Shown: positions 8,560-14,620 of the stretch, piece after piece
Layout: each line of letters starts with the position of its first letter
Numbering within the stretch: position 1 is the stretch's first letter
Position numbers and translations under genes: made by a program
The notes under the pieces: generated by a model
Database searches by the model: none
The model's input: only the letters and a program-made list of their open reading frames with translations
What the model was told of the DNA's origin: nothing
Virus record (IMG/VR): IMGVR_UViG_3300003815_000001
Reading direction: 5' to 3' (one strand)
Source: an uncultured virus (IMG/VR IMGVR_UViG_3300003815_000001)
Lineage: Duplodnaviria; Heunggongvirae; Uroviricota; Caudoviricetes
Length of the DNA: 20,000 nucleotides

Positions 8560-8870
8560 TATCTCTCTATGTTACTTCTATATACGGATGTCTGACTTGG
8601 ACTGTATCGCTACGCTCTTAATGGGCGGTTTTAGGTTTTGAATAGGTGAGAGCTGCACTCATTGTACGAACGTACAGAGAAGGCTTGAAATAGGGCTTTA
8701 GTGTACGAACGTACAGGAAAAACGGCTTTCATAATCGCTCTATAACGCATTATTTTGATGAGGTTGATACCTTAGCCTTAGCCTTTTATTTAATTTTAAG
8801 GACGTTTTAGAGTATCTCTCTATGACTACATGGCTATGACTGTATCGCTTCGCTCTTTTGGGCGGTTTTA
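8560..8870. repeat. Imperfect direct repeat in the divergent intergenic region (8560-8633 and 8813-8870)
   Basis: TATCTCTCTATG at 8560 and 8813. GACTGTATCGCTACGCTCTTAATGGGCGGTTTTA (8600-8633) vs GACTGTATCGCTTCGCTCTTTTGGGCGGTTTTA (8838-8870). Confidence 0.85.
8662..8716. promoter_or_regulatory. Tandem palindromic operator-like sites TGTACG-AA-CGTACA (x2)
   Basis: Identical 14-bp interrupted palindromes at 8663-8676 and 8702-8715, 39 bp apart, each followed by G. Confidence 0.65.
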
Positions 8871-8909
8871 ACCTTTCATATATCCCTTAAATTATTTTGT
8901 TTTAGTGTA

Positions 8910-8940
8910 TTGCATTGTGGATTTGTTTAGTGTCTAATAT
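8910..8940 (+). promoter_or_regulatory. Candidate sigma70 early promoter
   Basis: TTGCAT (8910-8915), 17 nt, TCTAAT (8933-8938; TAATAT at 8935 is an alternative), with an AT-rich UP-like tract upstream; about 55 nt before the first plus-strand gene. Confidence 0.55.
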
Positions 8941-8992
8941 CGGTAGGTAGCTCGGTATTGGGTCGGCTACTATATAAACAAAGGGGTTTATT

Positions 8993-9154
8993 ATGGAAGT
9001 GAAACTAAATCAAAAATCACGATTGGCTAACGCTAACCTATTCTTACTTGAGATTTTGATTAACGAGTTATTAGATAGCAAGGATGCCGAAAGAACGCAG
9101 AACGCTATAAATGAGATAGCAAATTTTATGAGCAACAAAACTAAAGAGGCTTAA
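8993..9154 (+). CDS. Hypothetical early protein (53 aa, MEVKLNQKSRLANANLFLLEILINELL...)
   Basis: Translated by hand; RBS AAAGGGG upstream. Confidence 0.65.
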   Translation: MEVKLNQKSRLANANLFLLEILINELLDSKDAERTQNAINEIANFMSNKTKEA

Positions 9155-9156
9155 CC

Positions 9157-9297
9157 ATGTGGACGATGAAAAAGTTTAGAACCTTTAAGGCTTACAGTAA
9201 TTGGATAGATAAGAATAAAGCACATTATCAAATTGAGCCTTTATTCATAAACAACGTATGGGCTTTGGAGTATCGCAAATTAAGAGTTATTTACTAG
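9157..9297 (+). CDS. Hypothetical early protein (46 aa, MWTMKKFRTFKAYSNWIDKNKAHYQI...)
   Basis: Translated by hand; GAGG RBS; tight gene packing. Confidence 0.6.
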   Translation: MWTMKKFRTFKAYSNWIDKNKAHYQIEPLFINNVWALEYRKLRVIY

Positions 9298-9310
9298 AGG
9301 AGATTAAAAA

Positions 9311-9490
9311 ATGAATTATACAGTTGAGGTTGGCGGTGTTACTTGGTGCTTTAGTCATGAATGGGATGCTAAACACTTTGCAATAGATGAAGCGTACAAA
9401 GGTCTTAAAAATATATTTGTTAAATACTACGATAAGACTATATATCGTGTCGTTAGTTTTGGTTCATGTTATGCAGTTGAAAGGGTTTAA
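9311..9490 (+). CDS. Hypothetical early protein (59 aa, MNYTVEVGGVTWCF...)
   Basis: Translated by hand; GAGGAG RBS. Confidence 0.65.
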   Translation: MNYTVEVGGVTWCFSHEWDAKHFAIDEAYKGLKNIFVKYYDKTIYRVVSFGSCYAVERV

Positions 9491-9492
9491 TT

Positions 9493-9681
9493 ATGAAATA
9501 CTCAAAAATGCCACAAGTAGTTAAGAGCTTAAAGATTATCACGCTAGGAAACGTGACTATCTATGCAGAGCAGGACGAGCCTATCACTAAAGCGCAGGTC
9601 AAGGCTTGGGGCGCACATATAAGAGACTGCGAGGAAAACTTTTTAAAAGGCGAATACTTGCCTTACTTGGGGGCGATGTAA
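9493..9681 (+). CDS. Hypothetical early protein
   Basis: 62 aa; AAAGGGTTTAATTATG start context. Confidence 0.65.
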   Translation: MKYSKMPQVVKSLKIITLGNVTIYAEQDEPITKAQVKAWGAHIRDCEENFLKGEYLPYLGAM

Positions 9682-9767
9682 TGGGAGACTTGGGCGATAG
9701 GTTGGTTTTTTGGGCTTCGGTTGTATGTTGGGTTTTTCTTATTTACTTACTAATTAAAGGGGTTTAA
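9681..9767 (+). CDS. Putative 28-aa single-pass membrane microprotein (MGDLGDRLVFWASVVCWVFLIYLLIKGV)
   Basis: TAATG overlap with the upstream stop, GGGGG RBS-like run, about 18 hydrophobic residues; exactly fills the gap before ardA. Confidence 0.5.
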   Translation: MGDLGDRLVFWASVVCWVFLIYLLIKGV

Positions 9768-9769
9768 TC

Positions 9770-10255
9770 ATGGCGAGATTATATGTTGGCACTTATGCAA
9801 AATATAACAATGGCTCAATTGCGGGGGCTTGGGTTGATTTAGATAAGTTTAAGGATAAAGAGGCATTTATTGAGCATTGCCAAAAGCTACACGCAGATGA
9901 GGACGATGCCGAGTTTATGTTCCAAGACTTTGAGGGCTTCCCTAAACGCTTTTATAGTGAAAGCGGTATTGACGATGAACTCTTTGATTTTTTGGCTTTA
10001 GATGAGGATGAAAAACTATTGCTTGAGGCATACATTGAGGCGAGTGGTGATGTTTTAGCCACGATTGACGATGCTAACGATGCTTATCAAGGGCAATATA
10101 ACAACGATATAGATTTTGTTTCCGAACTTTTGGAGAGTTGCGGAGATATTCCCGAAAATATGCCTAATTACATTGTGATTGATTGGGAGATGACGGCACG
10201 AAATATCATGTTTGATTATGTAGAAGCTAACGGCTACTACTTCCGCACTTGTTAA
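9770..10255 (+). CDS. ardA: ArdA antirestriction protein (DNA mimic inhibiting type I R-M)
   Basis: RLYVGTYAKYNNGSIAGAWVDL...LHADEDDAEFMFQDFEGFP...AYQGQY...YIVIDWEMTARNI...NGYYFR; highly acidic; classic ArdA motifs. Confidence 0.92.
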   Translation: MARLYVGTYAKYNNGSIAGAWVDLDKFKDKEAFIEHCQKLHADEDDAEFMFQDFEGFPKRFYSESGIDDELFDFLALDEDEKLLLEAYIEASGDVLATIDDANDAYQGQYNNDIDFVSELLESCGDIPENMPNYIVIDWEMTARNIMFDYVEANGYYFRTC

Positions 10256-10305
10256 TGTCATTTTCTAGCCCTTTCGGTTGAGAGGGTTAGAGGGCTGACA
10301 TTAGC
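10251..10305 (+). ncRNA. Intergenic long RNA hairpin 1 (candidate RNase III/processing element)
   Basis: About 25-bp stem: UAAUGUCA/UGACAUUA plus UUUUCUAGCCCUUUC/GAGAGGGUUAGAGGG with several G-U pairs, one bulged C and a GGUU loop; no U-tract after it. Confidence 0.65.
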
Positions 10306-10328
10306 CGATAACTTGAGGAGGTTACAAC

Positions 10329-10511
10329 ATGAGTAAGCATGAGCCAATTAAGGAGTTACGCTATAGAGTTACAATTGATTTGTCTATGGCATACGAGGAC
10401 GAAAACAATCCCGATTTGATGTCTGCAAGAGCCTTAAGGTATGAAGTTCAATCATGGCTTGAGGATTTAGGCTTCAAGGTTGATGTGACTGTTTTTAATT
10501 ATGGAGTTTAA
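10329..10511 (+). CDS. Hypothetical early protein
   Basis: 60 aa; GAGGAGG RBS. Confidence 0.7.
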   Translation: MSKHEPIKELRYRVTIDLSMAYEDENNPDLMSARALRYEVQSWLEDLGFKVDVTVFNYGV

Positions 10512-10513
10512 TT

Positions 10514-10708
10514 ATGTTTGTATCTTTTGAGCGCATACAGTTGGGCGCAGGCTTTAAGCAAAACGGGACGGAGTTTATAAAGACTTCTACTCGTACGGCT
10601 AGATTATTGGAAAATCCATCCAGAGTTTTTTATTTTAGTAAGAGTGAATTAGTACCTTTCAAGGATGTTAAGACACTCACACAAACACTAGAGGAGGTTA
10701 CACAATGA
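10514..10708 (+). CDS. Hypothetical early protein (small beta-rich)
   Basis: 64 aa; GGAG RBS; FxxNGxxFxKTSTRTA pattern. Confidence 0.7.
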   Translation: MFVSFERIQLGAGFKQNGTEFIKTSTRTARLLENPSRVFYFSKSELVPFKDVKTLTQTLEEVTQ

Positions 10709-10806
10709 GGACGGAGAGACAGTTCAACAGAGAGGCGGGAAACTTGCTTATTCTCATATATTTATCAATCTTTGCGCTGACTTATCTATGCGCCTATGGC
10801 TTTTAG
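10705..10806 (+). CDS. Putative 33-aa membrane microprotein (MRTERQFNREAGNLLILIYLSIFALTYLCAYGF)
   Basis: GAGGAGG RBS, ATGA overlap, C-terminal hydrophobic run of about 20 aa. Confidence 0.6.
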   Translation: MRTERQFNREAGNLLILIYLSIFALTYLCAYGF

Positions 10807-10816
10807 GGGGTTAATC

Positions 10817-10921
10817 ATGGAATACGCTATTTTTCAAATAATGCGCCATGCAATGCACCTAAACGCAGAGCGAGCATATACAAGAGTTTATATAGATAAG
10901 CACGAGGCTAAAAATGGCTAA
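10817..10921 (+). CDS. Hypothetical 34-aa protein (MEYAIFQIMRHAMHLNAERAYTRVYIDKHEAKNG)
   Basis: AGGGGGTTAATCATG start context; overlaps the next gene. Confidence 0.55.
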   Translation: MEYAIFQIMRHAMHLNAERAYTRVYIDKHEAKNG

Positions 10922-11099
10922 ATTTTATGTGACTATAAAAAGCAGTAGTTATTACACAATAACAGTGGAAGCTGATAGCAAGGATGATGCGCTGACGGCT
11001 TTTGATTGGAATGACATTGATTGGTCAGACCCGCAACACATTGAAAGTGATATATCAGAGGTTGAACAGATAAAGGAGGCAGAGCATGAAGCTATTTGA
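10914..11099 (+). CDS. DpnD/PcfM-like small acidic protein
   Basis: KFYVTIKSSSYYTITVEADSKDDAL matches the YxVxI...VEAxSxEEA pattern of this family. Confidence 0.55.
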   Translation: MAKFYVTIKSSSYYTITVEADSKDDALTAFDWNDIDWSDPQHIESDISEVEQIKEAEHEAI

Positions 11100-11277
11100 T
11101 AAGGTTGAATGGGCGGTTAGTCGCCTTGTTGATAACTATGAATGGCAAGGTGTATTAGAGTTTGAGGACTTTTTGCACATACAAGAGCAATTAGTCTATG
11201 CGGTAATGGCTGACGAGGGCAAAGCAGAAGCCTTTGTTAATGTATGCTTGGATGAAGGTGTTATTGAGGAGGAGTGA
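11086..11277 (+). CDS. Hypothetical acidic early protein
   Basis: 63 aa; AGGAGG RBS. Confidence 0.7.
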   Translation: MKLFDKVEWAVSRLVDNYEWQGVLEFEDFLHIQEQLVYAVMADEGKAEAFVNVCLDEGVIEEE

Positions 11278-11465
11278 TGAGCATGAGGCAATTTAGACCG
11301 AACGACATTGTTTATTTTATTGGTACAGATACAGAGGAGGCGCATTTATCCCGTATTGTGGATGTTTTCAATGAGTTTCCTATGCAAGTAAGGCTAGACA
11401 CTGTTGGAATTCAAGACATGGATACTATCAGACATTTTCAAACATATAGGGAGATTACAAAATGA
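11274..11465 (+). CDS. Hypothetical early protein (possible small SH3/KOW-like barrel)
   Basis: 63 aa; GAGGAGG RBS; FRPNDIVYF N-terminal pattern. Confidence 0.6.
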   Translation: MMSMRQFRPNDIVYFIGTDTEEAHLSRIVDVFNEFPMQVRLDTVGIQDMDTIRHFQTYREITK

Positions 11466-11701
11466 ATTACAGAGGCGCATACGCAACAATTCAGTGGCTA
11501 GATGACAATCACATAGTGAATGATTGTTATTTTAGCTTTGGCGGTAACCTAGATGATGCTGATGACATAGAGGAGGATTGTTTCGGTATTCCAGACCATA
11601 AAATATTTTACTTTTGCGACAAAGGAGTAAGTGAGCTTGACGAATTAAAAGACAGTAACTTTGATTTTAAGGTTTTAGATTATGAATTAGTGGAGGCTTG
11701 A
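11462..11701 (+). CDS. Hypothetical highly acidic early protein
   Basis: 79 aa; ATGA overlap; D/E-rich. Confidence 0.7.
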   Translation: MNYRGAYATIQWLDDNHIVNDCYFSFGGNLDDADDIEEDCFGIPDHKIFYFCDKGVSELDELKDSNFDFKVLDYELVEA

Positions 11702-11702
11702 G

Positions 11703-11984
11703 ATGGAAATTAAACACGAGAAAGTGATGGAGGCAGTTGCAAAGATGTCACCAGTTGAAGCGTGTGAGTTTTTGAAGGCGGTAACTGATTATCTACAAGC
11801 GCAAAAAAGGATATATGCGGAAAGGTATTACGAGAGTGACATAGCGGATGGAGTTTACGATATGTTATTTAGTAACAATTGCGACATAGACTTTATCCGA
11901 GAGTTTCCCGATGCAGAAGTAAATTATGAGTTTGCGTATATCAAGTTAAACGATGAGTTTGTAATTAAGATTGAAAGGATTTGA
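11703..11984 (+). CDS. Hypothetical early protein
   Basis: 93 aa; GGAGG RBS. Confidence 0.7.
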   Translation: MEIKHEKVMEAVAKMSPVEACEFLKAVTDYLQAQKRIYAERYYESDIADGVYDMLFSNNCDIDFIREFPDAEVNYEFAYIKLNDEFVIKIERI

Positions 11985-12463
11985 TGATGAGATTAGCTAC
12001 TTATGAGGTTTATACTTTTGATGAGCTTGAGGATAGCGCAAAAGATAAGGCTAGAGATTGGTATCGTAACCATATGGATTGGTTTTGGTGCGAGGAAAGT
12101 TTAGGCAGTATCAAGGCTTTTTGTAATGAGTTTGATGTAACACTTAAAGATTATCAAGTGGACGCATGGACATATTATTTTAGAACAGATGCAGAACCTA
12201 GCAATTTTAGAGGCTTAAAACTTAAGGATGTACCTAGAGAGCGTAAGGAATTAACGGGATATTGTCTTGATTATGACCTTTGGTATACGTTTCATGATGA
12301 ATTTAAGCGTACGGGCAATGCTTTTCACGCTTTCAATGAGGCAGTTGAGGCAGGCTTTCAAGGGTGGCGCAATGATTTAGAGTATCAATACGGCAATGAG
12401 CATATTGATGAGTTTTTAATCTCTAATAATTACGAGTTTTATACGGACGGCTCTATTGTTTAG
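11981..12463 (+). CDS. Acidic/aromatic protein of the 'VYxFDELxxxAKxKAR...NxYEFxxDG' family, common in mobile-element leading regions
   Basis: 160 aa; terminal motifs VYTFDELEDSAKDKARDWYR and EHIDEFLISNNYEFYTDG. Confidence 0.65.
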   Translation: MMMRLATYEVYTFDELEDSAKDKARDWYRNHMDWFWCEESLGSIKAFCNEFDVTLKDYQVDAWTYYFRTDAEPSNFRGLKLKDVPRERKELTGYCLDYDLWYTFHDEFKRTGNAFHAFNEAVEAGFQGWRNDLEYQYGNEHIDEFLISNNYEFYTDGSIV

Positions 12464-12508
12464 TATCTTTTCATAGCGTATTGCGGTGCGCTATGGGGCT
12501 GATATTAG
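12460..12508 (+). ncRNA. Intergenic long RNA hairpin 2, homologous to hairpin 1
   Basis: UUAGUAUC/GAUAUUAG plus UUUCAUAGCGUAU/GUGCGCUAUGGGG with G-U pairs and a 4-nt loop; shares the 3' sequence GGGCTGAYATTAGCC with hairpin 1. Confidence 0.65.
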
Positions 12509-12528
12509 CCAAAACGAGGAGGTTTACC

Positions 12529-12708
12529 ATGTATTACGATGTAGAAGACCAATTGACTTATCCTCAATTGATTGACGAGTACGAGGAGTATTTATCTTGG
12601 TGCAGACACCCCGATGAATATAGCGGAGTTGCTGAATGGGTTATACGCTTAATCCAAAATGGTGACTTGGTTGTATTCACGGATACAAGCGCAAGAAAAT
12701 ATAAGTGA
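12529..12708 (+). CDS. Hypothetical early protein (59 aa, MYYDVEDQ...)
   Basis: Start moved to ATG 12529, behind GAGGAGG. Confidence 0.7.
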   Translation: MYYDVEDQLTYPQLIDEYEEYLSWCRHPDEYSGVAEWVIRLIQNGDLVVFTDTSARKYK

Positions 12709-12739
12709 TGAGCTTGAGGCTATTTTTAAGGAGAATGAA

Positions 12740-13114
12740 ATGGGTTACAGAAGCGAAGTAAAGAGTTTGATATACGGCACGGCTGAGGAAATGAAAGAGT
12801 TTAAGATGGCTTGCTTTGACTTGTATAACCAAGTGCGTGAGGATTTTGGAAACGACTTAACTGATGAAAAGAATGATAAGTATGAAATTCTTTATCTCAA
12901 TTTAAGTTATATGAAATGGTATAACGAGTACGAGGAAGTGCAAAGATGGGATGAATTTTACCAATTGGCTGATGAGTTTGGTTTAGCTACGGAGTTTTGC
13001 CGTGTTGGTGAAGAGATGGGAGATGTGGAGGATTATAACAGTGGGAATAATGGAGGCAGATGTGAATACTATTTAGAGGTAGTCCAACGCATTGATGCAC
13101 ATTTTAATAGATAA
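12740..13114 (+). CDS. Hypothetical acidic early protein (MGYRSEV...RVGEE type)
   Basis: Start moved to ATG 12740, behind AAGGAG; 124 aa. Confidence 0.7.
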   Translation: MGYRSEVKSLIYGTAEEMKEFKMACFDLYNQVREDFGNDLTDEKNDKYEILYLNLSYMKWYNEYEEVQRWDEFYQLADEFGLATEFCRVGEEMGDVEDYNSGNNGGRCEYYLEVVQRIDAHFNR

Positions 13115-13124
13115 GGGGTTAATC

Positions 13125-13310
13125 ATGACTAATAACGTATTGAGAAGTGATATGTTGAGTGATTTAGATCAAGCGCAAAGGATACTTGAGCGTATATATG
13201 GCTATGCTCAAGACATTAACGATGGAAACGTAGAGCATTTAATGTCAGTCGCTGATAGTTGCATATTGGATGCAATTGAAGCATTAAACGAGGAGGTGGA
13301 AAATGGATGA
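13125..13310 (+). CDS. Hypothetical helical early protein
   Basis: Start moved to ATG 13125, behind AAGGGG; 61 aa. Confidence 0.7.
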   Translation: MTNNVLRSDMLSDLDQAQRILERIYGYAQDINDGNVEHLMSVADSCILDAIEALNEEVENG

Positions 13311-13581
13311 AGGCTTATGGGAAGTAACATACAAACCAATTAAAAACCATTTAGATGACAATGCAAGCCTAGATGGTTGTATGTATGAAACGTATGGGGA
13401 TGAGCTTGATTTTGTTAAGGCGCAACCTAATGAAAATATATGGACATATTGCGATGATGGAGAAAACGGATGGCTAACAAGTGGCTATCACTTTGTTAAT
13501 AGACTTGGATATGTCATTTGTGAAAAACCATTTACCGATGAGCATGAGGTACATTTATATAGCGTGGAGGACTTTGACTAA
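13303..13581 (+). CDS. Hypothetical acidic phage protein (NIWT...GYHFVNRLGY type)
   Basis: 92 aa; GAGGAGG RBS. Confidence 0.7.
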   Translation: MDEGLWEVTYKPIKNHLDDNASLDGCMYETYGDELDFVKAQPNENIWTYCDDGENGWLTSGYHFVNRLGYVICEKPFTDEHEVHLYSVEDFD

Positions 13582-13748
13582 TGAATATCTACACTAAATG
13601 GATAAGCGAGTGGCTAAATATCCCTATGCGTACGGCTCTATCGGTGCAGAATGAGATGGCTTGCATGGGTGTAGACTTTAGCGAGAGTACGGGTGCTCAC
13701 CTACAAGTGATGGCTTGGCAGGTATACAAGGAGATGAGACATAACTAA
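13581..13748 (+). CDS. Hypothetical protein (55 aa, MNIYTKWISEWLNIPMRTALSVQNEM...)
   Basis: Translated by hand; TAATG overlap; GGAGG RBS; last gene before the terminator. Confidence 0.65.
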   Translation: MNIYTKWISEWLNIPMRTALSVQNEMACMGVDFSESTGAHLQVMAWQVYKEMRHN

Positions 13749-13764
13749 TTTAAGTGATGAGCAT

Positions 13765-13791
13765 GAGGCTACTTTCGGGTAGCCTTTTTTT
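13765..13791 (+). terminator. Rho-independent terminator of the early operon
   Basis: AGGCTACT-TTCG-GGTAGCCT stem with a UUCG loop followed by a T-run; sits at the convergence with the primase gene. Confidence 0.9.
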
Positions 13792-14620
13792 ATGCTGCTA
13801 ACTTATACTGTGTTAATATCTCTCTTAATGACTTAGACGCTTGGAATGTGCCTACTCTCTTATGAAAATCATTAAAGTCCTCCCCGACTGTGGGGCTGAT
13901 CCAGTATGGCTTGCCTGTCTTTTTAGCCACGAACTCTCCAGTATGGCTGTCATCGTTGTCAGCGATCACGATGCCGTTGCTGAACTGCCCTGCTATGAAC
14001 TCCATATTGTTTGCACTAAAGCAAACGTGGATGCAATAAGGGATGTTGCTCGCCTTCAACACTTCTTTGACGGAGAGAGCAGTTGCATACCCCTCGCAAA
14101 AAATGGGAAATCCCTTTGCGTTCATGGTAAGAGTTGCGCCCTTAGAAGTCTGTCCGTAGAGGAACTTCTTATTCCCCTTGTCGCTGATGAGTTGGCAACC
14201 TACGAGACGAGTACCGATCCGCATAGGTATAACTAATAACTTCTCTGTGCCTGTGTCCCATACGTTACCTACTTCATACTCAAATCCCTTGCTTGCTAGA
14301 TAAGGGTGGAAGTCTAGGCTAGTTTGGTGCATTATCCATCCTGCTTTTTTGGATGCCTTGTCAGCATCTAGCTTACGTTGCTTATCATAGTCCTTTATAG
14401 ACTTAATACGCATCTCTGGGGTGATGGTGTTAGTGTCATCAAACCATACGGCAGGCTTATCCATCGTGGCAAAGTTGCGTACAAATCCTACATGACCTAA
14501 GAACTTATACGTTCCGTTACGCTTGCGTGGATGGTCGGTGGTTGGCACTCTCATGTTCTTGTGCATGACTAGCCTGTCAATGATAATGCCATGTGCTTTA
14601 GCAAAGTCTTCAAATCTCAT
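13790..14620 (-). CDS. Toprim-domain DNA primase (P4 alpha/TraC-like)
   Basis: HPYLASKG, LLVIPM, CQLI...GNKKFLYG, FCEGYATALS, IADND and GEDFND motifs. Confidence 0.85.
   Translation of the reverse strand: MRFEDFAKAHGIIIDRLVMHKNMRVPTTDHPRKRNGTYKFLGHVGFVRNFATMDKPAVWFDDTNTITPEMRIKSIKDYDKQRKLDADKASKKAGWIMHQTSLDFHPYLASKGFEYEVGNVWDTGTEKLLVIPMRIGTRLVGCQLISDKGNKKFLYGQTSKGATLTMNAKGFPIFCEGYATALSVKEVLKASNIPYCIHVCFSANNMEFIAGQFSNGIVIADNDDSHTGEFVAKKTGKPYWISPTVGEDFNDFHKRVGTFQASKSLREILTQYKLAA

Noticed and set aside
8560..8870. Repeats as a mini CRISPR array
   Set aside because: Only two copies of each unit; the 33-bp copies are about 205 bp apart and the 14-bp palindromes are too short; no cas genes.
10055..10261. 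68-aa minus-strand ORF
   Set aside because: Antisense to ardA, with no supporting signals.
10251..10305. Hairpins as intrinsic terminators, tRNAs or ssDNA (Frpo-like) promoters
   Set aside because: No 3' U-tract, no cloverleaf, no -35/-10 elements in the stem; dependence on G-U pairs favours an RNA structure.
12481..12528. N-terminal extension of the ORF given as 12481-12708 (similarly the starts at 12659, 13092, 17650, 19616)
   Set aside because: Downstream ATGs have better RBSs or stop/start overlaps; this extension overlaps the RNA hairpin.
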